Part shown: positions 1 through 10,670 of the stretch, one piece after another
How positions within the stretch are numbered: position 1 is the stretch's first letter
Layout: every line of letters starts with the position of its first letter
Assembly: GCA_964619725.1 (NCBI GenBank)
Contig: CAZUFC010000045.1
Location: forward strand, 1 to 59,486
DNA length: 59,486 nucleotides
Source: an uncultured bacterium
GTDB lineage: Bacteria; CSSED10-310; CAZUFC01
Direction of reading: 5' to 3'
Position numbers and translations under genes: made by a program
The notes under the pieces: model-generated
The model's input: only the letters and a program-made list of their open reading frames with translations
Database searches by the model: none
Told to the model about the DNA's origin: nothing

Positions 1-463
<463 letters not shown>

Positions 464-512
464 TACTTTTTTAAGACTCGGCTTTTCGCGTTTCCTGAAA
501 ATATTTTATGTT

Positions 513-627
513 TCCCGGTAGCTAGGCGGAGGGGCCACACTCGTTCCCATTCCGAACACGATCGTTAAGCCCTCCAGCGCCGATGGTACTGCAGGCTTGC
601 CTGTGGGAGAGTAGGTCGCTGCCGGGT
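513..627 (+). rRNA. rrf: 5S rRNA
   Basis: CCCATTCCGAACAC, GCGCCGATGGTACTG, GGGAGAGTAGGTCGCTGCC; terminal helix CCCGG/CCGGG; lies just after the 23S. Confidence 0.98.
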
Positions 628-878
628 TTATTTTTGTACGTCGCTTTTTATAATCACTACGGAATATTGAATCAAAACGGGCGATGATCAAAATACATGT
701 TTCATGGAAACATGTTCAATCATCGCACGTTATTGGTCGATGATCGGTCATGTGTTCCAGGGAACGAAAATAAAGGGGCTTCCAAAGATAGGAAGTCATC
801 TTGGAATCACAGGACCGGTGCAGGAAAAGACAACTCTCTGCAGGATCAGGCATCAAAGTTCATACGGACGGTTGCGAC

Positions 879-1394
879 TCAATCGTGATGGTGATGATGT
901 CTTTCCTGACTCTTTTTTTCCTGATGCCCGGACTTTTCGGCGAAATATTCTTTTTCGAACATTTCCAGGACGGTTTTCAATTTATCGATATTGGATAAAT
1001 CCGTGGATTGCTTTGTTTTCATGGCATAAACGAGCATTTCATGAAGCGCCGTAACCTGATTGAGATAATGCTGATAAGCCTGTTCGTCGGTTTTATCCGT
1101 AAGTTTTATGCGCTGAGTCAGAAAATATTGTGTGACGATTTCCTGAAAGTAATCTGCGTGTTTTTCTTTGTTCATAATCCAGCGCACGAGCTGATTATAG
1201 TTGATCTTTTCTTCCTTGGAGAGTTGGCGGATCATATTGATCGATTTTTCAATGGTTGCGATGTGTTCGGAAAGCATATCGATTCGCATGGCGTCATCGT
1301 AAATACCGCAAGGGATTTCGCAATGAGCGAAAGCTGCGCCGGCAAGAACGGCCGTTAAAATCAGAAAAGCGATTGAATTCGTAAGTTTTTTCAT
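879..1394 (-). CDS. sodN: Nickel superoxide dismutase with Sec-type signal peptide and His-rich C-terminal tail
   Basis: Ni-hook HCEIPCGIYD directly after signal peptide MKKLTNSIAFLILTAVLAGAAFA; start moved to ATG at 1394, which has an upstream AGGAG. Confidence 0.92.
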   Translation of the reverse strand: MKKLTNSIAFLILTAVLAGAAFAHCEIPCGIYDDAMRIDMLSEHIATIEKSINMIRQLSKEEKINYNQLVRWIMNKEKHADYFQEIVTQYFLTQRIKLTDKTDEQAYQHYLNQVTALHEMLVYAMKTKQSTDLSNIDKLKTVLEMFEKEYFAEKSGHQEKKSQERHHHHHD

Positions 1395-1685
1395 TTTTAA
1401 ACTCCTTTGTTGTTTGAGAATTTTTTTTGATAAAACGATGATACTTTGTCGCGTCATCAGTAAGTCTAAACAGGGATATAATAGCCGCCGGGATAAAATT
1501 TGTCCATAAATCATTCTTTTATTCGCTATTGCAGAAGGTTTTAAAAAAGTCAGCAAAACAGTCCGGCATTTTGATCATCGCCAGTTTTTTATTGATTTTA
1601 GAATGGAAAAAAATATATTATAAAATCCGGCGGAATAAATTTGAAAAGAAACCGTCATAATAAAAATCTTAAGAAAGGAAATGGT

Positions 1686-2318
1686 ATGATCCTGGAGAGT
1701 TTAACAGTAGGAGCTGTCAGCACTAATTGCTATATTGCAGGTTGCTCTGCATCGAAAAAGGGCGTGATAATCGATCCGGGCGACAATGCGGGCCTGATCA
1801 TAGAAATCGTGAACGGGCTGGGACTTGAAATTATTTATATATTGAATACTCACGGACACTTCGATCATGTGCTGGCGAACGGTGAGATAAAAGAAGCCCT
1901 CGGCGCTGACCTGGCCATCCATCCTGCGGATGCAGGCATTATGATGTCGGGAGGAGGCGCTGCATTTTTTGGAATGGATACAGCGGATAATCCGGCTCCG
2001 GATATTGAACTGAGCGATGGTCAGGAGCTGTATGCAGGCGAATTGTGCTTGCGTGTTCTTCATACTCCGGGCCACTCGCCGGGCAGCGTCAGTTTTTATG
2101 AGTCTAATGAGGGAATCGTTTTTGACGGAGATTTATTATTCGCCGGGGGAATCGGAAGGACCGATCTGCCCGGAGGAAGTCAGCCGAGATTATTCGATTC
2201 AATTTACGATAAGATACTTACATTGCCGGATGAAACGAGGATTCTGCCGGGTCACGGACCGGAAACGACGGTGAGCGCCGAAAAAAGAATGAATCCGTTT
2301 TTGATTAAACGTATGTAA
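1686..2318 (+). CDS. MBL-fold metallo-hydrolase (glyoxalase II/YcbL-like)
   Basis: THGHFDH, HTPGHSPG, GDLLF, GRTDLPGG, PGHG motifs; ATG 1686 after AAGGAA. Confidence 0.93.
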   Translation: MILESLTVGAVSTNCYIAGCSASKKGVIIDPGDNAGLIIEIVNGLGLEIIYILNTHGHFDHVLANGEIKEALGADLAIHPADAGIMMSGGGAAFFGMDTADNPAPDIELSDGQELYAGELCLRVLHTPGHSPGSVSFYESNEGIVFDGDLLFAGGIGRTDLPGGSQPRLFDSIYDKILTLPDETRILPGHGPETTVSAEKRMNPFLIKRM

Positions 2319-2319
2319 A

Positions 2320-3684
2320 TTGAAGTCGAAGGCGAAGAAAACAATAAAGCAAAAGGTAAGCTTCAAGAAGGGATTGCTGATATCCTCTGGCTCCGGATTT
2401 TTGTTTATTTTATTGCTGATCGGAGTAGAAATAGTATTCAGAATTCTGCGAGGCGTTCCTGATGCGGGCAATGTCCCGGTCTTTTTTCCCTGGTTGAAGA
2501 CCGGCCAGATAGCCCGTTTCGTCGAGTTGCATCATTGGGAGCTAATTCCGGATTCGTATGCCGTTACTTTGAATGATGTTGTATACCGGATAAACTCAAA
2601 GGGATATCGGGGCCCGGATTTTTCCAAAAAAAGGCCGAAATACGTGTATCGTATATTAGCTGCCGGCGATTCCTGTTATTTCGGATGGGAAATGCCTGAA
2701 TCATCATCTTTTCCCGCCGTACTCAGGAAAAATTTCCATACGGAACAGTACCGCAGAAAAATAGAAGTCATTAACGCCGGCGTGCCAGGTCGCACGGCTT
2801 ATCAGGGTTTGATCGCATTAAAGAAACGCTGGCTGGACCTGGACCCTCAAATGATTATATTCGGTTTCGGCTTTAACGACGCTAAAACCATACTGGAAGG
2901 TTCTTTTCCGGATTGGATTTACCACAAAAAATCGCAAAACCGGCAATATCGAATCAATTTAATAGCCTCACGCAGCGCCTTGATCAGTTATTTTAGGAGT
3001 TTCAGTCTTAAAAAGAAGCTGAGTAATCGGGTGAAAAGAGCTTATGAAAAGATGAATGCTGAAAATAAACGAATGGCCCGTTCAATGAAGAATAAAACGG
3101 CAGAAAAGTCTTTTGCGGCTGGAGCCAGGGGAGTAGCCGATGAAATTATGCTGAAGGATTTGAACCTGAATAAGCGAACAAATCCAGACGATTATGCGTT
3201 TGAAGGTGAAAAAGGTGAGCTTATCCGTGAAGCCGAAGTATTGAAGAATGAAGTTGCTCGCGTTTCGACGAAGAAATACAGGGAATGTATGCTGGAGTTC
3301 GTGAGAATCTGCAGGGAAAACGAAATCATTCCCGTATTTTTACCCATTTCAGTCAAGGAAGAGTATTTAAGAATAATGAGGGAGGCGGCCCGAAACACGA
3401 ATACGACGTATATCGATACGGAAAAAATTCTATGGAAAGTATGCTGCGAAATATTGAAAAGGCATGAAAAGCCTCAGCCGCTATTCAAAAATTACAGGGA
3501 TAATTGCCGTGACGTAATATATATGGACGATTGTCATCCGACCAGGTTGGGCAATTGGATCATAGCCCGTAAAGCTTATGCCGTCGTGTCGGAACTGGTT
3601 ACAGAGGATATCCGGAGAAGGTATATTTCAGAAACCGATACGGGTACGGCTTATAAGCAGCGTAAGACCGTGGAATCCTTTTGA
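2320..3684 (+). CDS. Membrane-anchored SGNH/GDSL hydrolase
   Basis: N-terminal TM helix; blocks GDS (AAGDS), NAGVPG, GFND and DDCHP. Confidence 0.85.
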   Translation: MKSKAKKTIKQKVSFKKGLLISSGSGFLFILLLIGVEIVFRILRGVPDAGNVPVFFPWLKTGQIARFVELHHWELIPDSYAVTLNDVVYRINSKGYRGPDFSKKRPKYVYRILAAGDSCYFGWEMPESSSFPAVLRKNFHTEQYRRKIEVINAGVPGRTAYQGLIALKKRWLDLDPQMIIFGFGFNDAKTILEGSFPDWIYHKKSQNRQYRINLIASRSALISYFRSFSLKKKLSNRVKRAYEKMNAENKRMARSMKNKTAEKSFAAGARGVADEIMLKDLNLNKRTNPDDYAFEGEKGELIREAEVLKNEVARVSTKKYRECMLEFVRICRENEIIPVFLPISVKEEYLRIMREAARNTNTTYIDTEKILWKVCCEILKRHEKPQPLFKNYRDNCRDVIYMDDCHPTRLGNWIIARKAYAVVSELVTEDIRRRYISETDTGTAYKQRKTVESF

Positions 3685-3737
3685 ATGGGGTATTAAGAGA
3701 CAATAACGGCAGGTTTTTGTACTCCGGCGTTTTAGTT

Positions 3738-5648
3738 TCACGATTCCTGTTTTTCGTTACTTTTCTCAACGGTCGGTATGCGATATACGGTCATGAATTG
3801 GTCATCCATGCAGGGTAATCCCAGGTAATACTGAAATAGGGAACTGAAATAATAGTACTGTTTCGGTGTCAGTCTTTCTTTGTACAGGATGATGTAGCGG
3901 ACGTTGATCTGCTGTAGCTCTTTGAGCGTCAATCCCAGCATATCCTGACCCAGGCGGTTTTTTATTTCTTCATCGGATAGGATTCTGGCTTCTCCGAATT
4001 CAAAATCAAAATTTTGAGGTAACGGATAATTTTTGATTGCCTTTTCAGGAACATTTTCCAGGTTTTGCGAGCGTGAGTTTTTCACGGAAGTTTCGCTTCC
4101 GGGCCAGATGCCTGATATAGTTTTCAGCAGGGCGTATTTCTGAAGGAAAGCATAGGCCGCGGGATCATATCTGGCCAGATAGCCCCCCATTATTTTCTTT
4201 TCATGTATTGTTTGGAAGAACAGGGGTTCCTGGTTTTTTACCGAGGCCAGGGGCAGTTCCAGAACAGCGTAATTTTCTTCATCACGGCCTATTTTTCTGA
4301 AAAAATCCGGGACCCATTCGGTTGGAGTCGTTAAGGCGGGCCGCCAGGAGATGAATTCGACTAATATAATTGCGCCGCAGACCGATATGAAAAGTATCCT
4401 CCAAATTGCGGAAGATTTGAACCTGACCAGTATTTTTTTTATTTCCGTCATGCCATAGCCCGCCAAAACAGAAAGGCACAGCATGACCATCATATTCATT
4501 CTGGTCGGCGATCTCATCGCTGAGACCAGGGGCAGCTTTTTGAACCAACTGTAGGGCATGGGAATCGATTTATAGCCTTTGCCCATTATCTGCAATACCG
4601 GTCCCATGGAAAGAAGAAGAAACGCCATGCCGATTATCCACCAGGGACGGGTTTTTCGGCCTGAAACTCGGATTAAAGCTGTAATTGCTGACAATAAAGG
4701 AAAAATTCCCAGCGTATTGACTCTTTCAAGGAAAAAAGTGTTTAACCTGTTCAAATATGGTTCCGAAAAACGACCGAAAAGAGGATGATGTTCTCCGGGC
4801 AGAAAAAGAGAAACCAGGTCGCAGGAAAATTTTCCTGTGGTTCTGAGCTCCATATAAGTTTTCCCCGCGTTAATTTCCTGAAGAGCCGGTGAAATGAAAG
4901 GAAAAATCAGAACGAGGAATAAAAATACGCCGCAGAGAGCTCCCGTAATGTTTCTTTTGGTGAGACAAGGATAAGGTTTTTGCATGATATGGATTATTTG
5001 CCACATGGCCCACATCATGATGCCCATCATCATGTAATACCAGGAAGAAAGAGAGGAGAGCCAAAGGAAAACGCCGGCTGCCGCCCAATAGCGTATTCGG
5101 CTTTTTTGCAGAGTTTTGGACAGGTATAAACACATGAACGGCAGATACTGACTGCTCATCACCGCCAGACTCCACCCGGAATAGCTTCTCTTAGGCGCAA
5201 AAGCATAGATTAAACCGGCGACGAAACCCGCTCCCGCATCTTCGGTTAAATGTCTGACGAGCAGAAAAGTCCCAAAACCCGACAGTACGAAAGTCGCCAG
5301 GTAAAATACGTTGAATGCCGGAATAAGTCCTAAAGCCTTCTGTAACGGTATCCCAGGAAGCGTGTTGGCGAGAGTCAGAGGATAAAAACTCAGAACAGCG
5401 CCCTCAGGAAAAAAAATGTAATCACAGAAGAACGGCGTATGATGCAGTTCCAAAAGAGCCTTCTTAACCCACCAGAAATTCCAGGCTATTTGCCAGACGT
5501 CGCCGAAACCCGCGAGATGAGATGAAAAATTCGCGATTATTTCCTTTTGATACAGCGCCGTTATGAGAGCATATCCCGATAAAGCGACAATAGATCGAAA
5601 CAAAGAACGATTTAAAACAAGTCCTATTTGTTCGTTTTTAAGACTCAT
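3738..5648 (-). CDS. Polytopic membrane protein, GT-C/YfhO-like glycosyltransferase
   Basis: Many TM segments; GDVWQIAWNFWW after TM1, 'RSPTR', and C-terminal 'VLELP...QTIHEKKIMGGY' soluble domain typical of such proteins. Confidence 0.65.
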   Translation of the reverse strand: MSLKNEQIGLVLNRSLFRSIVALSGYALITALYQKEIIANFSSHLAGFGDVWQIAWNFWWVKKALLELHHTPFFCDYIFFPEGAVLSFYPLTLANTLPGIPLQKALGLIPAFNVFYLATFVLSGFGTFLLVRHLTEDAGAGFVAGLIYAFAPKRSYSGWSLAVMSSQYLPFMCLYLSKTLQKSRIRYWAAAGVFLWLSSLSSWYYMMMGIMMWAMWQIIHIMQKPYPCLTKRNITGALCGVFLFLVLIFPFISPALQEINAGKTYMELRTTGKFSCDLVSLFLPGEHHPLFGRFSEPYLNRLNTFFLERVNTLGIFPLLSAITALIRVSGRKTRPWWIIGMAFLLLSMGPVLQIMGKGYKSIPMPYSWFKKLPLVSAMRSPTRMNMMVMLCLSVLAGYGMTEIKKILVRFKSSAIWRILFISVCGAIILVEFISWRPALTTPTEWVPDFFRKIGRDEENYAVLELPLASVKNQEPLFFQTIHEKKIMGGYLARYDPAAYAFLQKYALLKTISGIWPGSETSVKNSRSQNLENVPEKAIKNYPLPQNFDFEFGEARILSDEEIKNRLGQDMLGLTLKELQQINVRYIILYKERLTPKQYYYFSSLFQYYLGLPCMDDQFMTVYRIPTVEKSNEKQES

Positions 5649-5655
5649 CCTCCGG

Positions 5656-8600
5656 TTAACGCAAAATCGCTTTAATTCTTTTTAGCTTGCCTTCCCGAAT
5701 ATGCAAAGAGACAGGTGATGCTATCACTTTTTCATTGACTTTCCTTTTTTCTCCGTCATGATATTCCAGCTCATATTCGACGATTTCTGCTTTATTTTTC
5801 TCGTAGGTGTTTTTGCGCAGGGGATTGATATAAATAACGTCGGTTTTCCCGAACAACCTGAAGGCAAAGCTGTTCGACGGCAATTCTATTCTTTGACCAT
5901 CCTGATTGATTTCACGATTTTCGGTCGTAAAAAGCCAGGAGGGAAGGATGGGATTCAGTGTAAAACCGAGCTGCCCATTTTTCACAAAAAACGGCTGCCG
6001 ACCGGCAGTCATCAGAATCCATATATTTACCATCTCCCCGGTCACCCCGCTCAATCTGGGCTGAAAACCCTGCCCGTGTAATTTCTCATCCGGAAAAGCC
6101 CCGCTTACTATGAAAGAAACGTTTTCAAATATGCTGCGCCGGTATATTCGGGGAGTCATAAAGGGAGTGAGAGCAGTTTTGATATCACGATAAAATTCAT
6201 CGTACAATCCGCTCTTGAGTAATTCCAGGAGATATTTGTATTCCATGTGAGTATAAACGGATTCGTTTTCGATCCAACCGGGGCCCCAGGCTTTGACGCG
6301 TCCTATTTCAAACGGCGCGGTTTCGAGTGATTCGCAGACTTTGTACATTTTCAGTTTTTCATCGAATATGTCGCTTTTTCTTATTCCCTCATAAATCATC
6401 CCATTTAAATCCGGATGCACTTTAAGCATATGAACGGGCCCTTCAAGGAAAAGCGGCAACTGCGATTGCTCGAATTCCAGCGGTCTGACCAGCGGCGCGC
6501 CGGATTCGTGTCGTTTCTTTTGTCCGTTTTCGTCGTACAAGTAGTCAAATTTGACGACTTTGTTAATGAAGTAGGTGTATGGAATGCCCTTTTGATTAAA
6601 AATTTTATTTTTATTTTCAGGTTCATACATTTCGGTAATCAAAGCAAGACAGGCGTCGAGGAATGTTTTAATTTTTAAGGCAGAAACTTCCTGTTCCTGG
6701 CCGGCGATGCCGTATTTTGTTTTTTCCCTGTATTTTTCCTTAATCGTATGGCTGTCGTCCCAGTATTTGAATTTTTTGTCATTTCTGTCGGAATTAATCC
6801 TGACGTCGATGCATTTTTCAAGTTCCGTCATAAATTCATAGAGTTCATTAAAGATTTTGATTTTGGAGGAGGCAAGTTTTTCGCAAGCTTGAGCCAAGAA
6901 CCTGATGGCCCGTTGCATTTCGAGGGTTTCGCATAAAGATGAGCCCAGGATTCCAGGAAGGCCGTTCATGGAATCATTCCATCCCGGTTTGCCGGCTTCC
7001 ATTTCTATGCCAGTTCCTGCAGGATCGAGAGTAGCCATTCTATTGGTTATGACGCAAAGCAACTTGACCAGCAGGTTGGTATAATAAACCTCTCCTTCTC
7101 CGTAGTCGGTTCTGACTCTGTTCGGGTTCTGAGGACGAGAAGTTATCATTCTGGTTTTGAGGGGGTTGCGTCTTACGGCATCGTATTGATAAACATAATT
7201 TTCATGCAGTGCGTATTTTTCGGATCGAGGCAGAACGACGTCAGGATTATCGTAGAAGTAATAATGATTGTTAGCGATAAGCAGTTCCTGCAGGCGGTCC
7301 GGATATATCATCAGATAATTTTCAATCAAATCCAGATTGTAGAACCAGTGATCGATCCAGAATCCCTCATGTTCAGCGCCGCATTCGTTTTCCTCGGATA
7401 ACGAAATCAGCTCCCTTGCCGTCTTTTCGATTGTTTTAAACGAACCCGCTCCCATTTTTTCAAGCATGAGGGCGATCTGTCCCGGAGTAAAAGATTCATT
7501 TAACAGAAAGGATTTGAATTTTTTTTTGTCCTTTTTATTAAAGGAATTTCGAGCCGTCCATTTGTCCAGCTCCTCTTTATTTTTCAGTGAATAAGTCGTA
7601 CGTGTTATTTCGAGCGGGTTATAGGAATCCAATTGAATTAAATTCATAAAGGTATGAATGTTTTTGTCTTCGATTTCCGGGAAGAACCAGGCATCGCAAC
7701 GTCTGTTCTGGTTAACGCTTCGATAGTGTCCGGTGCCCTGCGAGTAATAAGTGGGTTCGAGAACGAAAAAGTGATAATCCCTTTCTAGGTCGCCGTTCTG
7801 TCTTGAATAGAGATAAATGGCGGATGATCCTGAAGCTGCTTCGAATATTTCCGGCATGCCCCCGCGAATGACGTTATCCAGAAAATTCTGTTCGCAGAAG
7901 CGGTCCAGGCGATAATCAGCGCTGGAAGTAGAACAATACTTTTTTATATTTTCGATTAGGGCTGAATTTTCTTTTCTTTTTTTATCAAAGTAATTGGTTT
8001 CGCTGATTGCATCACGGATTTTTCTGAAAACCGCATCATCTTCTGCATATCCGATAACAGAATAAAAGGAGTATTCTTCGCCGGGCGCCAATTCAGTCTC
8101 GCCGGTCGAAAAAGCGCAAGGTGTGCGATTCTGTCTGATTTGGGTTTCCTGTAATAACCGGGAAATACTTTTATTTTTAAAATTCCAGGGAAAGTCATAA
8201 ATTTCGGCTTCTCCGAAGAGGACGACCGGATCAACTATGTATTCTCTTGCTGCCGGAGTGAGATAAAAATTTCCCCCTTCGATTTTACTCACCTTTTCTA
8301 TATCCGCCGGCGTCTGTTTCAAACGAAACAACGGCGCACCGTCGACCAGCGCCGCTTCCATCATTCCTTCTATATGTCTGGCAATCGTGTTGACTCCATG
8401 AAGGTCTACGCCGTAAGGCAGAATCCGCGGCAACCCGTCGATGAATTCCAGTTTTTTCCTTTTCTCGCCGGAATTTATGAACGTCACTTTCCTAACCATT
8501 CCGGCAAAAGGCGCGTTAACCAGCATGAAATACAAGACCCGGGTCGTAATGCCGGAACCGGCATCGTGTTCCTGTATTTCCAATTCACTGGAACTTACCT

Positions 8601-8913
8601 TCATGCTCTGCTTTTTCTCTTCGGCCTCCGTTTTCCTGAAGGGTTCCCGCACGCGACCTCCGTCAATTTTCATGAAGGTCCGGAATCCCTGGGTCCCTAC
8701 AGCGGATAACGCTTTATTGTAAGAACGAAATTCCATTATCGGATGATTTTTATCCCGGATGCCTGCACTGATGATGCATTGATTTCGACTGATGTAATAT
8801 ATCCACATGGGAATTCCGAATGTGCCGGCGATACCCGGTAGAAAATTCGAAAAAGACGCTTCCCAGTTATAGTTTTCTACAATGAACATGCCGTCATCTG
8901 TTGCCGAATACAT
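5656..8913 (-). CDS. Large glycoside phosphorylase, GH161-like (beta-1,3-glucan phosphorylase family; often annotated cellobiose phosphorylase)
   Basis: ~1085 aa; FLPGIAGxxGIPMW, DKNHPIMEF, GDLERDY, EMEAGKPGWNDSMNGLPG, PGWIENESVYTHMEYKY, RLSG motifs; ATG 8913 preceded by AAGGAG. Confidence 0.75.
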   Translation of the reverse strand: MYSATDDGMFIVENYNWEASFSNFLPGIAGTFGIPMWIYYISRNQCIISAGIRDKNHPIMEFRSYNKALSAVGTQGFRTFMKIDGGRVREPFRKTEAEEKKQSMKVSSSELEIQEHDAGSGITTRVLYFMLVNAPFAGMVRKVTFINSGEKRKKLEFIDGLPRILPYGVDLHGVNTIARHIEGMMEAALVDGAPLFRLKQTPADIEKVSKIEGGNFYLTPAAREYIVDPVVLFGEAEIYDFPWNFKNKSISRLLQETQIRQNRTPCAFSTGETELAPGEEYSFYSVIGYAEDDAVFRKIRDAISETNYFDKKRKENSALIENIKKYCSTSSADYRLDRFCEQNFLDNVIRGGMPEIFEAASGSSAIYLYSRQNGDLERDYHFFVLEPTYYSQGTGHYRSVNQNRRCDAWFFPEIEDKNIHTFMNLIQLDSYNPLEITRTTYSLKNKEELDKWTARNSFNKKDKKKFKSFLLNESFTPGQIALMLEKMGAGSFKTIEKTARELISLSEENECGAEHEGFWIDHWFYNLDLIENYLMIYPDRLQELLIANNHYYFYDNPDVVLPRSEKYALHENYVYQYDAVRRNPLKTRMITSRPQNPNRVRTDYGEGEVYYTNLLVKLLCVITNRMATLDPAGTGIEMEAGKPGWNDSMNGLPGILGSSLCETLEMQRAIRFLAQACEKLASSKIKIFNELYEFMTELEKCIDVRINSDRNDKKFKYWDDSHTIKEKYREKTKYGIAGQEQEVSALKIKTFLDACLALITEMYEPENKNKIFNQKGIPYTYFINKVVKFDYLYDENGQKKRHESGAPLVRPLEFEQSQLPLFLEGPVHMLKVHPDLNGMIYEGIRKSDIFDEKLKMYKVCESLETAPFEIGRVKAWGPGWIENESVYTHMEYKYLLELLKSGLYDEFYRDIKTALTPFMTPRIYRRSIFENVSFIVSGAFPDEKLHGQGFQPRLSGVTGEMVNIWILMTAGRQPFFVKNGQLGFTLNPILPSWLFTTENREINQDGQRIELPSNSFAFRLFGKTDVIYINPLRKNTYEKNKAEIVEYELEYHDGEKRKVNEKVIASPVSLHIREGKLKRIKAILR

Positions 8914-9202
8914 TGGACTCTCCTTCAACTCGAATGAGTACGATTATTTCTTTTTAAAAATCAAACCTCTCATTTTGCTTCAAGCCATTATACAGAACGC
9001 GGTACCCAATGCAAATCAAAAAGAGCGCTTCATGCTCAGCATGTACTTCCCTGCGAATTCAATAAAATCAGGCATTTCGATCTCTTGAATCCTTCTGAAT
9101 GGACGAATTAAATCAGCAATGAAATTTCAAGGTTCATCTTTGGAATATATTCGTTCTTCAGTTATAATAACTATGGGTTCCAACAGATGAGAAGGAGAAG
9201 CA

Positions 9203-9649
9203 ATGGAACCGAAAGAATTAACGCTTCCACAATTTCGAGATGATGGTTACTTGCCGGAAGGTTTATATCTTGCGTCGGAGGCTGAAATTACATTCCGGTT
9301 CGGTGGGTCGGGTCAGCGGCGCCGTAGGCTTATCATTCGAATCCGCCGATGGATAGAATTGGCTCGTATAATTGGAGCGAAGCGGCTTTTGATTGACGGA
9401 AGTTTCATCACTGCAAAGAAAGACCCTGATGACATCGATGCTGTTATTTTGCTTCCGCCGGACTTTCAATTAAAGCTGGAAAAAGGAAACGAGGCCGCAT
9501 TAGAACTCGAAGAAATGCTTTTGACTCGACGACCTGAGGAAATGTTTGCAGCAGAGGATGAAGACGATTGGAATGATTGGATTGAGTTTTTCAGATGCAC
9601 TCGTGAATCCGATGGGCGGCGGAAGGGTCTCGTGGAGGTTGAACTATGA
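9203..9649 (+). CDS. Minimal nucleotidyltransferase-fold protein (DUF6932-like), putative toxin
   Basis: LPxFxxxGxLPxG start, DGSF-x8-DID polymerase-beta-type motif, C-terminal RKGLVEV; RBS AAGGAG. Confidence 0.7.
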   Translation: MEPKELTLPQFRDDGYLPEGLYLASEAEITFRFGGSGQRRRRLIIRIRRWIELARIIGAKRLLIDGSFITAKKDPDDIDAVILLPPDFQLKLEKGNEAALELEEMLLTRRPEEMFAAEDEDDWNDWIEFFRCTRESDGRRKGLVEVEL

Positions 9650-9849
9650 TTTCAAATAATACTGAATATAAAAAAGCACAGGAAGAAATAAATATCCTCG
9701 AAAAACGATTGGAAAGGTTACAGCAAAGCCATTCAATCGGTTCCAAGGGATTTACGAAGGCCGGCATTCGTAAAATGATTGCACGGTTGCATGAAGAATT
9801 GGCGCTTTATGAAGGCAGCGAGGAAGCAAGACATTCAGATTCAAACTGA
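9646..9849 (+). CDS. Small helical protein coupled to the nucleotidyltransferase (putative antitoxin/partner)
   Basis: ATGA overlap with upstream gene, GGAGG RBS, 67-aa amphipathic helices. Confidence 0.6.
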   Translation: MISNNTEYKKAQEEINILEKRLERLQQSHSIGSKGFTKAGIRKMIARLHEELALYEGSEEARHSDSN

Positions 9850-10215
9850 AGATAAATTGAGGACGATAAATTTTTCGCTCAAAAGACTTGCGGCAGGACT
9901 CTGACCCTTAAAAAGGACAGGCTTCTCTCCGCAGCTTTTTTCCCTGGAATTGTCTCGACTTAACTGACAGACCACATGATTGTCCATGCTGCCTAATCCC
10001 TGATCAACATAGGCTTGCCGGCAATATCGCTCCTCTTATTCGTATGATTCGCGTGATTCGTGGTTTTCCTATGATCCAAGTCACTATCGCCGCTCGTGTT
10101 TACCGCAGGCCTTAATGAATCTATATCGCAATATTTCTTTCATTCATCCGTGTTATCCGGGCTATCCGCAATTGCGGAATCTTTGCAATCGTTTCCAAAA
10201 ATCCGGGTATTCTGA

Positions 10216-10662
10216 TCATCGCCCGGTTTTTATTTTCTTTTCAATCATCCAGAGGCTGCAGGCAATAAGAAAGCAGGTTGTTGCGATTGTCATAAAGAGC
10301 GTGAAGAGAGTCCGGGGTGTTTGCAAAGCTTCGTTTTTGTTGTTGAACCGGAAGGAGACGTCGCTTTCTAAAATCGACAGGGCTTCTTCATTTTCCAGTA
10401 ATTTCAAACGTTCTTCGTCCAGCAGCTTCTGTATCGGTTTATCTTTGACGTATACTTCCACCCGGTTCTGCGAATCTTCGAGTGTGATTTTCATATTCTG
10501 ATGCGTCCAATAATGATCTTGAACCACGAGGCTGACGATTTGAGAGAATGGTCCGATTGCGGCGAGAAAAGATGAAAAAGCAATAATCATCAAAGCCCGT
10601 TTGAATGTTTTGATGATTCTGCAGGGCGATTCCGCCCGGTTTTCTGCAGATTTTTTACCCAT
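10216..10662 (-). CDS. Two-TM hypothetical membrane protein, last gene of the RHS operon
   Basis: Two hydrophobic segments; 8-bp gap from the upstream gene. Confidence 0.65.
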   Translation of the reverse strand: MGKKSAENRAESPCRIIKTFKRALMIIAFSSFLAAIGPFSQIVSLVVQDHYWTHQNMKITLEDSQNRVEVYVKDKPIQKLLDEERLKLLENEEALSILESDVSFRFNNKNEALQTPRTLFTLFMTIATTCFLIACSLWMIEKKIKTGR

Positions 10663-10670
10663 CTATTTTT

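Noticed and set aside
1395-1556. N-terminal extension of sodN in the ORF track
   Set aside because: Signal peptide and RBS point to ATG 1394; the extension is AT-rich intergenic sequence
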